The notes under the pieces: model-generated
Database searches by the model: none
Seen by the model: only the letters and a program-made list of their open reading frames with translations
What the model was told of the DNA's origin: nothing
Translations under genes and position numbers: made by a program
In this document: positions 23,324 through 35,500 of the stretch, in pieces
How the letters are laid out: each line of letters starts with the position of its first letter
Position numbering within the stretch: the stretch's first letter is position 1
Assembly: GCF_004010195.1 (NCBI RefSeq)
Contig: NC_057749.1
Span: 11,655,496 to 11,699,374 of the forward strand
From: Chiloscyllium plagiosum
Taxonomy: Eukaryota
Direction: 5' to 3'
Length of the DNA: 43,879 nt

Positions 23324-25958
23324 CCTCCCCTCTTAAAGAAAAGAACCATTAATACATAAAGATTGCTTGATTTTTAAAAGTCCTTAGTCTTTTGCTATTA
23401 GTACACTACAATACATATACATTAAATTAACTCTAAGCATGAAGATATTCACTACGACAGTCTATTTCAGTCCAATTACTCCCATCACTGAATGCCTCCA
23501 TCTTTCTTCATCAAAGTTGCAACAATGCATTGGCAATTACATTCTCTCATCCTGCCATGTGTATTATTTTTAAATTGAATTGCAGCAATAATTGGCAGCA
23601 TCTGAACTGTCTGGAATTTTTTTCCTTACATTTTTCCAAAAAGTCTAAAGGGCTATGATCAGTATTTACAATTGTCTCAGACACATTCCTGGCAATATAA
23701 GTGTTGAAATGTTGTAATGCCAACACCAAGGTCAAGGTTTCCTTCTCAATCATGACATATTTCTGTTGATTATCATTCAATTTGCATGAAAATACCCAAT
23801 AGATCTTTCTATCTTCTTGTCATCTTCTTGCAAGAGAATGACACTGACACCCACATTATGACACTCGCATTAATAGCCACCTTGAATGACTTTGTGTAAT
23901 TAGATGTGGCTAACACTGAGGCAGTGGATAACACAGCTTTCAGGCTGTCAAATTCCTTCTAACAGCCCACTGTCCGCTGAAATTTACTGCATTTCTTCAG
24001 CAAGTTAGTCATTGGAGCAACCACATTATTATAATTCGGTACACGTTTCCAATAAGAACCATTCAATCCCACGAATCATAGTACTACCCACTTCGTTGAT
24101 GGTATGGGCAACTCCCACATAACCTTTGGTTTACATCCTGTGGAATCATCTGTCCATCTTCAGTAGCATGACACAGGAATGTGATTTGGGCTTTTGCAAC
24201 CTCACTCTTAGCCAGGTTTATCACCAAACCTGCCTCCCGAAATTGATCGAACAATTCCGATAGATGCTGCAAATCTTCCCATGTGTAACTAAAAATCACC
24301 AGGCCATCGATGTATACTATACAATAGGTAATCCAGAAATAATTTTAAATTGGTATTGTCCATTTGGTGTCACGAAAGCTGAAATTGTCTTTGCTCCTTT
24401 GGATAAAGGTACCAGCCAATATCCTCTGAGTAAGTCCAACTTACAAATATAAGTTGCCTGTCCAACCTTCTCAAACACGAAAGAGGGTAGTCCACACATA
24501 ATTGTTAGATACCATCTAGTTTTGGCACCATTGCTATGGATGTGCTCCAGTCTTTACAGCTCAATAATGTTGTTGTTGAGCAACCTCTTTCAGCAATCTC
24601 AATGCGTTCAATCTCTTAGAACCTGTAGCAATGGTAGGGGGTTAAATCTAGAAGGATGTTGCTTAATTGGAACAACATTTCCTATATCTACACCATGTAT
24701 AATTGAATTAGTACTTCACAATGTATTCCCACATATCTCACCATGTGATAGTAATAAATCTTTCAGGTCATTTTGATTTTCCTTTGGAAGGTAACTCAAT
24801 AATTTATCCCAATTTTTGAGAACTTCCTATTGTCCAATTTAATTTGAGGTCTGTCCAATTTCGAATCATCTGAACTTGGTTCTTCACTCAGTGTTGTAAC
24901 CAGTAACATATTCTCCTTTTGCTTTCCTTTCCTATCAAAATACCTTTTGAGCATATTCATATGACACACTCATTTCTTTCTATCTGGCATTATTATCAAA
25001 TAATTCACTTCACTGAATCTTCTTTCAATTTGAAACTTTGCTTTTAAAGGTTCACTGACCATTGGAAGGAACATTTATACTTCATCTCCATTCACAAAAT
25101 TGCAAACTTTTGATTTCTTGTCTGCTTCCTGTTACCAACACATGCTGTGCTGCTTTAAAATGCTGTCTAGCCAACTCACCACTTTTTTTAAGCTTTCCCT
25201 AAAATTTGATACCTGGCACAAATATGTGATCTCTGAGCTCCTACTCACTAACTTCTCTTTAATTAATTTCAGTGGCCATCTCACCTCTTGCCCAAAAACT
25301 AATTCAAATGGACTGAATTTGGTAGATTCATTTGGTGCATCCCTAATTGCAAAGAGTAAAAATAGAATTCCTTTATCCTACTCCTCTGGATAGTCTTGAC
25401 AATAAGCCCTCAACATAGTCTTTAAAGTTTGATGCCACCATTCTGATGCTACCTGTGATTTTGGATCATATACAGTGGATTTGAATTGTTTTATTCCTAT
25501 GCTATTCATAACTTCTTTCCCTTGATCTAATTATATCTCAGTGGGTACTCTGTATGTAGTTAAAAAAATAGTAATTCTTCTACAGTCCTTTTAGCTGTGA
25601 TACTGTGAAATGGATGGCTTCTGGAAATCTAGTAAACACATCCATTTGTCAGCAAATACTGATTCCCACTGTTGGTTTTAGATAAGGCCTCCTACATAAT
25701 CAATTAACACCCTTGTAAAAGATTCCTCAAATGTGGGAATGGGTATTAGAGATACTGGTTTTATCTCTACCTGAGGTTTTCCAATTACCTAACATATATG
25801 ACATGTCCAGCAAAATTCAACCACATCTTTGTGATGTCCAGACCAATAAAAATGGTTTTGTATTTTGGCTTGAGTTTTTCTTACACCCAAATTATCTTCT
25901 ACTGGTAATTCATGTGCTATCTGCAGCACCTTTATATAATCCACCAGTAATATAACTC

Positions 25959-26105
25959 AGAGTCATAGAGATGTACAGCATGGAAACAAACCCTATGGTC
26001 CAACCCATCCATACTGACCAGATATCCTAAATTAATCTAGTCCCATTGACCAGCACTTGGCCTATATCCCTCTAAACCTTTCCTGTTCATGTACCCATCC
26101 AGGTG
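25959..26105 (-). mobile_element. CR1 3' tail stub inside the Gypsy element
   Basis: AGAGTCATAGAGATGTACAGCATGGAAAC is the reverse complement of the CR1 tail at ~32515-32545. Confidence 0.85.
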
Positions 26106-27291
26106 AGATGAGATCTTATGACCTGAGGATTTGTCTTTTCCCCAGTTTCTATCCCTCACAGAGTGAAATTGATTTCAGAAGCTAAACTTTAATTTATGAA
26201 CCAACTCATAATTATTGGCCATTTCAGTTGCTAATCTTGCAGTTTTAACTCTCTGCTCTTCCACATGAATTCTCACGACTTCACAAATTGAATTTTTGAA
26301 CTCCTTCAAAATAATTGTCTCTCTAAGAGCATCGTATTTTGATTTATTTTCAATGCCTTTGTCCACCTATCAAAGTTACTTTGTTTGAGTCTTCAAACTC
26401 AGTGCACATTTGACCAAGTTCCCTTCTTAAATTCCTGAAACATTGTCTATAGGCTTCTGATGCTAGCTCATACACATTAAAGATGGCATTTTCACCTCAT
26501 TATACTTCCCAGATACCTCTTCTGGTAGTGATGGAAATACTTAATTAGCTCTACCTACCAACTTTGTTTGAATCAACAATGTTCATATGGTCACCGACCA
26601 TTTCATTTGTTTAGCCACTTTCTCTAATGAAAGGAAAAAGGCTTCTACATACTTCTCATCAAATGTAAGCAACACTTGGACATACTTAAACAGATCCCCA
26701 CCAGACCCTTGGCTACTATGGGATTGCTCGTCACCCCATCATCCGCCTCACTCGGCCTACTGTCTACCTTCACCTCTGCCCTTTTAAGTCAACTTTCCTC
26801 TCTAACTGTGAACTTCTAAAGTTCAAACTCTCTCTTTCTGCTTTTCTTCTCCCACTTTCTGCTTTTAATTGTAATTTGTAATTCAAACTGTTTCATTTCC
26901 TTTTCATGTTCAAGCTGCTATATCTTCAATTGAATTTTAGTCATATCCAAAGGTTATGATGGCACTTCTGGAAATCATAAATGTTGAGCCATTTGTCCAA
27001 CTATCTCCGCTTTTCGCGTGGGCAAAGGCAACCCCAACTCCAGTTGGTCTGTCAATTCGAAAGCTTTGCCTTGCTCATTTTCTGTAAAACTCACGATGTG
27101 ATTTCTTCGACCCCCGGAAAACTCTTAGTGACTAAAAGAGCCAGTACTACACAAAAGAACACCCTGTTTAAGCCAACTGAAGTTAACACCAGAAACAAAG
27201 TCCCAACACCTACAACTTGCTGCCTTTGAGTTCAGTAATCCTAAACCCAATCTGAAATTAGAGATTTTGATCCCAACAAGAGCCCTCGATT

Positions 27292-28275
27292 TGTTATGGA
27301 TCAGACAAGATTCCCTCAAAATAATTTAAGACAATAGCCTAGATCCTAACTTTTTCTTATGTTAAAGACAAATGTGATGTGCTGTGTTCCAGATGCAATT
27401 CGATTGGTCAAACTATTCTGCGTTAACCAAAACAGTTTATTTAAACGCCATAGTTAAAATACAACAAAATAACGTTAGGTGAATTGGCCATGCTAAATTG
27501 CCCCTAGTGTTCAGGGATGTGTGTGTTAGGTGCATTAGTCATGGGAAATGTAGAGCCTGTGTGGAGTTTGTACATTCTGTCAGTGTGGGTTTCCTCCGGG
27601 TGCTCCGGTTTCCTCCCACAGTGCGAAGCTGTGCAGATTAGGTGAATTGGCCATGCTAAATTGCTCATAGTATTCAGGGATGTCTAGGTGCATTAGTTAG
27701 GGGAAATGTAGAGTAATAGAGTAGGGGAATAGATCTGGGTGGAATAACTTCAGAGGGTCAGTGTGGACTTATTGGATCAAATGATCTGTTTCTACCTATA
27801 GGGATTCTGTGATGAACTCAGATTAATCTAACTCTTTTGGAAAACATAACTGAATAATAGATACACTAATTAACTGTTCCAATATCGTGACATCCTATAA
27901 ATACACCCCTTGGCAAAAAGGCAAATTCAGAAAAGTAGATTTGTCTTACAAGTTACCCAGTAGCAGAGACAAACCCAAGCATCTAACTGTAACCAACAGA
28001 GGGAAAAGAAAGTTTCTACTTCTTCAAAGTTCCAGCAGTTTCTGCCCTGCTGAGACTCCAACAGCAACTGCTTAATGCTAAACCCCAAAAAATTAGAAAT
28101 TCTCGTCTATGAGACCTGGCCACACCTATCCAGGCTGCTTCTATTGTTCCAACTTTAAAAGTAGCCCGAGACCTCACAAGTTGTTTATCTTCTCATAGAC
28201 CGCTTGACACCTGTCGCCCAATCTCTCTCTTAAAAAAAGGATAAAACACACCTCTTGAAGCCACAGCAATTTGAC
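27292..28275 (-). repeat. Gypsy 5' LTR (contains SINE pieces)
   Basis: TGTTATGGA...TGACA termini; degenerate Pro-like PBS next to it (minus TCGAGGGCTCTTGTTGGGAT). Confidence 0.8.
27474..27812 (+). mobile_element. Older HE1-type SINE fragments (two, partly duplicated)
   Basis: TTAGGTGAATTGGCCATGCTAAATTGC occurs twice; GGTTTCCTCCGGGTGCTCCGGTTTCCTCCCACAG core. Confidence 0.85.
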
Positions 28276-31155
28276 AACACAAACTAACCAAATCCCCATC
28301 AGTGCTCACTATGTAGTATACACAGACAAACCAAATTTCCATCACTTGCTCACTGTGTGGTACACACATACAAACCAAATCCCCATCACTGTTCACCGTC
28401 TGGTACACACATGCAAACCAAATCCCCATTACTGCTCACCGTGTGGTACATCAATGCAAACCGAATCCCCATCACTGTTCACCGTCTGGTACACACGCGC
28501 AAACCAAATACCCATCACTGTTCACCGTGTGGTACACACATGCAAACCAAATCCCCATCACTGTTCACCATGTGGTACACATACGCAAACCAAATCCCCA
28601 TCACTGTTCAACATGTACACGCACGCAAACCAAATCCCCATCACTGTTCACCGTGTGGTACACACACACAAACCAAATCCACATCGCTGTTCACTGTGTG
28701 GTACACACACGCAAACCAAATCCCCATCACTGTTCACCATGTGGTACACACACGCAAAGTAAATCCCCATCACTGCTCATCGTGTGGTAGACAGACGCAA
28801 ACCAAATCCCCATCAGTGTTCACCGTGTGGTACACACACGCAAACCAAATCCCCATCACTGTTCACCGTGTGGTACACACACGCAAACCAAATCCCCATC
28901 ACTGCTCACTGTGTGGTACACACACGCAAACCAAATCTCCATCACTGCTCACGGTGTGGTACACATACGCAAAATAAATCCCCATGACTGTTAACCGTCT
29001 GGTACACACATGCAAACCAAATCCCCATCACTGCTCACTGTGTGATACACACACACAATCCAAATCCCCATTACTGCTCACTGTGTGGTACACACACGCA
29101 AAATAAATCCCCATTACTGTTAACCGTCTGGTACACACACACAAACCAAATCTCCATCACTGTTCACCGTCTGGTACACACACGCAAACCAAATCCCCAT
29201 CACTGCTCACTGTGTGGTACACACACGCAAACCAAATCTCCATCACTGCTCACGGTGTGGTACACATACGCAAAATAAATCCCCATGACTGTTAACCGTC
29301 TGGTACACACATGCAAACCAAATCCCCATCACTGCTCACTGTGTGATACACACACACAATCCAAATCCCCATTACTGCTCACCGTGTGGTACACACACGC
29401 AAAATAAATCCCCATTACTGTTAACCGTCTGGTACACACATGCAAACCAAATCTCCATCACTGTTCACCGTCTGGTACACATATGCAAACCAAATCCCCA
29501 TCAGAGCTCACTATGTAGTATACACAGACAAACTAAATCCCCATCACTGTTCACCATGTGTTACAGACACACTCAAACCAAATCCACATCACTGCTCACC
29601 GTGTGGTACACAGACGCAAACCAAATCCCCATCACTGTTCACCATGTGGTGCACACACACAAACCAAATACTCATTGTTGCTCACTATGAAGTACACACA
29701 AACAAACCAAATCCCCATCACTGTTCACCGTGTGGTACACACACGCAAACCAAATCCCCATCACTGTTCACCATGTGGTACACTCAAACAAACCAAATCC
29801 TCATTGTTGCTCACTATGTAGTACACACACACAAACCAAATCCCCATCACTGTTCACCATGTGGTACACACATGCAAACCAAATCCCCATCACTGCTCAC
29901 TGTGTGGTACACACACGCAAACCAAATCCCCATCACTGCTCATTGTGTGGTACACACATGCAAACCAAATCCCCATCACAGCTCACCCTGTGGTACACAC
30001 AGACAAACCAAATCCCCATCACTGTTCACCATGTGGTACACACAAGCAAACCAAATCCCCATCACTGCTCACTGTGTGATACACACACACAAAAACCAAA
30101 TCCCTATCACTGCTCGCCTTGTGGAGTACACAGACAAACCAAAATCCCATCACTCCTCACCATGTGGTACACACACAGACAAACCAAATCCCCATCACTG
30201 TTCACCATGTGGTACACACAAGCAAACCAAATCCCCATCACTGCTCACTGTGTAGTACACACATACACACCAAATCCCCATCACTGTTCACCATGTGGTA
30301 CACACATACAAACCAAATCCTCATCACTGTTCACTATGTGGTACACACTCGTAAACCAATTCCTCATTATTGCTCACCATGTGGTACACACAGACAAACC
30401 AAATCCTCTTTGTTGCTCATTATGTAGTACACACACATGCAAACCAAATCCCCATCATTACTCATTTTGTTGTACACACACGTAAACCAAATCCCCATCA
30501 CTGCTCACTTTGTTGTACACACACGCAAACCAAATCCCCATCACTGCTCACTTTGTTGTATACACACGCAAACCAAATCCCCATCACTGCTCACCGTGTG
30601 GTACAGACACGCAAATTAAATCCCCATCACTCCTCACCATGTGGTATACACACGCAAACCAAATCCTCAACACTGCTCTCCGTGTGGTACATAGACGCAA
30701 ACCAAATCCTCATCACTGTTCATCGTAAGGTACACACAGACAAACCACATCCTCATTGTTGCTCACTATGTAGTACACACAGACAAACCAAATCCCCATC
30801 ACTGTTCACCATGTGGTACACACACGCAAACCAAATCCCCATCACTGCTCACTGTGTGGTACACACACGCAAACCAAATCCCCATCACTGCTCACTGTGT
30901 GGTACACACACGCAAACAAAATCCCCATCACTGTTCACCATGTGGTACACACAAGCAAACCAAATCCCCATCACTGCTCACTGTGTGGTACACACACAAA
31001 AACCAAATCCCCATCACTGCTCACTGTGTGGTACACACACAAAAACCAAATCCCTATCACTGCTCGCCTTGTGGAGTACACAGACAAACCAAAATCCCAT
31101 CACTCCTCACCATGTGGTACACACACGCAAACCAAATCCTCATCACTGCTCACCA
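28276..31155. repeat. Satellite array of a 43-bp unit, about 66-67 copies
   Basis: Consensus CAAACCAAATCCCCATCACTG(T/C)TCAC(C/T)(G/A)TGTGGTACACACACG; units start e.g. at 28841 and 28884. Confidence 0.98.
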
Positions 31156-31364
31156 AGTTGATAGTGTATAAGACATTCATCAGAATTAATCCTTTCAGAA
31201 TCATGCAACAACACAATTAAAATTAGTCACATAGTGGACTGAACATAATCCAGAACCAGCTCCTCAGTTTTCTGGCAATCGTCTTTTAAAAGTACACACA
31301 CCACAGAAAGCTGCAAATTCACAAGGAATTTGTGATGATAGTTTTTAGAATTTCACATTCCATT

Positions 31365-32548
31365 AAATGTGATCTATATGGACTTCAGTAAGGCTTTCAA
31401 CATGGGAGACTGATTAGCAAGGTTAGATCTCATGGAATACAGGGAGAACTAGCCATTTGGATACAGAACTGGCTCAAAGGTAGAAGACAGAGGGTGGTGG
31501 TGGAGGGTTGTTTTTCAGACTGGATGCCTATGACCAATGGAGTGCCACAGGATCGGTGCTGGACCCTCTACTTTTTGTCATTTACATAAATGATTTGGAT
31601 GCGAGCATAAGAGGTACAGTTAGTAAGTTTGCAGATGACACCAAAATTGGAGGTGTTGTAGACAGCGAATAAAGTTACCTCAGATTACAACAGCATCTGG
31701 ACCAGATGGGCCAATGGGCTGAGAAGTGGCAGATGGGGTTTACTTCAGATAAATGCGAGGTGCTGCATTTTGGGAAAGTAAATCTTAGCAGGACTTATAC
31801 ACTTAATGGTAAGATCCTAGGGAGTGTTGCTGAACAAAGAGACCTTGGAGTGCAGGTTCATAGCTCCTTGAAAGTGGAGTCACAGGTAGATAGGATAGTG
31901 AAGAAGGCATTTGGTATGCTCTCCTTTATTGGTCAGAGTATTGAGTACAGGAGTGGGAGGTCATATTATGGCTGTACAGGACATTGATTAGGCCACTGTT
32001 GGAATATTGCATTCAATTCTAGTCTCCTACCTATCGGAAAGATGTTGTAAAACTTGAAAGGGTTCAGAAAAGATTAACAAGGATGTTGCCAGGGTTGGAG
32101 GATTTGAGCTTTAGGGAGAGGCTGAACTGGCTGGGGCTGTTTTCTCTGGAGCATCGGAGGCTGAGGGGTGACCTTATAGAAGTTTACAAAATCATGAGGG
32201 GCATGTATCAGATAAATAGACAAAGTCTTTTCCCTGGTGTGGGGGAGTCCAGAACTAGAGGGCATAAGTTTAGGGTGAGAGGGGAAAGATATAAAAGAGA
32301 CCTAAGGGGCAACTTTTTCACACAGAGGGTAGTACGTGTTTGGAATGAGCTGCCAGAGGAAGTGGTGGAGGCTGATACAATTGCAACATTTAAAAGGCAT
32401 TTGGATGGGTATATGAGTAGGAACGGTTTGGAGGAATATGGGCCGGGTGCTGGCAGGTGGGACTAGATTGTGTTGGGATATCTGGTCGGCATAGACAGGT
32501 TGGACCGAAGGATCTGTTTCCGTGCTGTACATCTCTATGACTCTATAA
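31365..32548 (+). mobile_element. CR1/HER1-type LINE, 5'-truncated, same family as 2053-3173
   Basis: VIYMDFSKAF, KFADDTK, ORFs 31706-31987 and 32083-32466, tail CTATGACTCTATA. Confidence 0.95.
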
Positions 32549-35500
32549 CTGCATCATGTGGTAATGAATTCCACAGGTTCACCACTCTTTGGGTGAAGAA
32601 GTGTCTCCTCCTTTCCGTCCTAAATGATCTACCCCAAATCCTCAGACTGTGACTCCTGGTGCTGGACACACCTATCATTGGGAACACCCTTCCTGCATCT
32701 ACTCTGTCTTGTCCTGTTAGAATTTTATAAGTCTCTATGAGATCCCCCTCATTCGTCTGAACTCCTGCAAAAACAATCCTAACCTAGTCAATCTTGCAGT
32801 CCAGTCATTCCTGGAATCAGCCTGATAAACCTTCTCTGACTTCCCTTGAGAGCAAGAATATTCTTCCTTAGAAAAGGAGACCAAACTGCACACAATATTC
32901 TAGGTGTGGCCTCACCAAGGCCCTGTACAACTGCAACAACACATCCCTGCTCCTGTACTCGCAACCTCTTGTATTAAGGTCAACATACCATTTGCCACTT
33001 TACTGCCGTTGCACCTGCATGCTTACCTTCAGCGACTGGTACACAAGGACACCCAGGTCCAATTCCATACTCTCCTCTCCCAATTTACAGTCATTCAGAT
33101 AATAATCTGCCTTCTTGTTTTTGCTTCCAAAGTGAATAACCACACATTGATCCAAATTATACTGCATCTGCCATTGATTTGCCCACTCACCCAACCTGCC
33201 CAGATCATGCTGCACTTCACCCTCCCATCCAACCTGGTATTATCTGCAAACTTTGAGGTGTTACATTTTGTTCCCTCATCTAAATCATGAATATATATTA
33301 TGAATAGCTGGGGTCCCAGCACTGGTTCCTGAGGCATCCCACTAGTTACTGCCTGCTAGTTTGAAAAGGACCGACTAATTCCTACAGATTGTTTCCTCTA
33401 TCCATCTCAATATACTTCCCCAGTCCCATACACTTTAATCTTGCACAATAATCTCTTATTTGGGACTTTGTCAAATGTTTTTTGAAAGTCCAAATATACT
33501 ACATCAACTGGCTCCCCCTTGTCAACTCCACTAGTTACATCTTCATAGGATTTCAACAGATTTGTGAAGCATGATTTCCCCTTTATAAATCCATGCTGAC
33601 TCGGTCTGCCCTACCACTGCTCTCTAAATGCTCTGCTATAAAGTCCTTGATAATGGATTTGAGAATTTTCCCCACCACCGATGTTAGGCTTATTGGTCTA
33701 TAATTCTTTGTTTTCTCTCTACCTCCCTTTTGAATATTGGAGTGACCTTAGCTAGCCTTCAATCTGCAGGGACTGTTCCAGAGTCTATAGAGTTCTGGAA
33801 GGTGACCATCCAATGCATCCACTGTTTCTACAGCCCTTCCTTAAATACTCGGAGATGTAGATTATCAGGTCCTGGGAATTTATCCACCTTCAATCCCATC
33901 AATTTTCCCAGCACCATTTCTCTACTAATATTGTTGTCCCTCCCTTTCACTAAATCCTGCGGTCTCCAACATTTCTGGTATCTAATTTGCGTCCTTTTTT
34001 TAAAGGTTTGAACCAAAGTATGTATTCAGTTGTTTAGCCATTTCTTTGTCTCCTATTATATGGTTCCCCATTTCTGTCTGTAGGGGACCTACATTTGTCT
34101 CTACCAATCTCTTTCTCTTCATATATCTATAAAAACTCTTAGTGTTGGTCTTTATGTTCCCTGTAAGTTTACTTTCATACTGCATTTTCCCCTTCTCAGT
34201 CAATCCCTTGGTCCTTCTTTGCTAATTCTAAACTGTTCCCTGTTATCTTTCTTGGGCAATCTGTACGCTTCTTCCTTAGATCGGATATTATCTTTAATTT
34301 CCTTTGTAAGCCATGGATTGAACCTCTTACCCATTTTACTTTTGTGCCAGACAGTAATAAGCAGTTGTTGCAGTTTTCCCATGCATTCCTTGAATGTTTG
34401 CCATTGCCTATCTACTCTCATCCCTTTAAGTAACTCTTTGCAATCTATCAAGGCTAACTCATGCCTCATATCTTCATAGTTTCCTTTATTAAGATTCAGC
34501 ACCCTAGTTTCTGAATCATCTACCTCACTCTCCATCTTGATAAAAAAAATTCTATCGTGTCATGCTCATCCTCAAGAGCTCTTGCAGTTAGATTGACAAT
34601 GAATCCCTTCTCATTACACAGTACCCAGTCTAAGATGGCCAGTTCTCTAGTTGGTTCCTCCACATATTGGTCAAGAAAACCATCCCTATACACTCCAGGA
34701 ATTCCTCCTCTACAGTATTTTGGCTAATTTGATTTGCCCAATCTACCTGCAGATTAAAATCACCCATGATCACTGATATTCCCTTATCACATGCACCTTT
34801 AATTTCCTGTTAATGCCTTTCCCAACATCACCATCGCAGTTTGGGGGTCTATATATGAGACACCCACTAATGTTTTTGTCCCTTGGTGTTTCTCAACTCT
34901 ATCCATACAGAGTGCTCATTGTCAGAATATCCTTTCTCACTATTGTGTTCATTTCCTCTTTCACCAGCAATGCCACTCCACCGTCTTTTCCTTTTTGCCT
35001 GTCCTTCCTAAATATTGAATAGCCTGGGACATGCAGTTCCCATCCCCAGGCACCCTGCTCCATGTATCCATAATCCCAATTATATCGTACCCATTTACAT
35101 CTATCTGCGCGATTAATTCAGCCACTTTATTGCAAATGCTGTGCAAATTAAGGCACAAAGCCTTTAAAGCTTGTCTTTTTAACATTGTTTGTCTTGCTCC
35201 CTATATTTTTCTCAGTAGTCCTGTTTGAATTTTGTCCTTTGTTTCTCTGCCTATCACTTTTCTTACTCCCTTTTCTACCTTTTGTTTTTGTCCTTACTCC
35301 CTCTTTCTCTGACTCCTTACATAGGTTCTCATTCTCCTGGCATATTATTTTAAACCCTCCCCAACCACTCTAGCAAACACACCCCCTATGACATCGGTCC
35401 CAGATGTAACTTGTCCATTTTGTACACGTCCCACCTCCCCTGAACCAGTTCCAATGCCCCAGGAATCTGAAATCCTCCCTCTGACACCATCTTTTTAGCT

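Larger units (their letters stand above)
22855..28275 (-). mobile_element. Decayed Gmr1-like Ty3/Gypsy LTR retrotransposon (gag, integrase, RT, RNase H order)
   Basis: LTRs 27292-28275 and ~22855-23323 (partial); PPT TTAAGAGGGGAGG; gag VEAFFL..EKVAKQMKW and YDALRETIILKEFKNSI; integrase HFYW..CWTCHIC, TRFPEA, PFELVFG (~25000-25920); RT KLDLLRGYW, SAFVTP (~24000-24700); RNase H IEKETL, TDHSPL (~23500-23900). Protease region deleted. Confidence 0.9.

Noticed and set aside
28276..31155. CRISPR-like array, or Cys/His-rich zinc-finger ORFs of up to 271 aa
   Set aside because: The units are contiguous with no unique spacers. The ORFs cycle through all three frames because the 43-bp unit lacks plus-strand stops.
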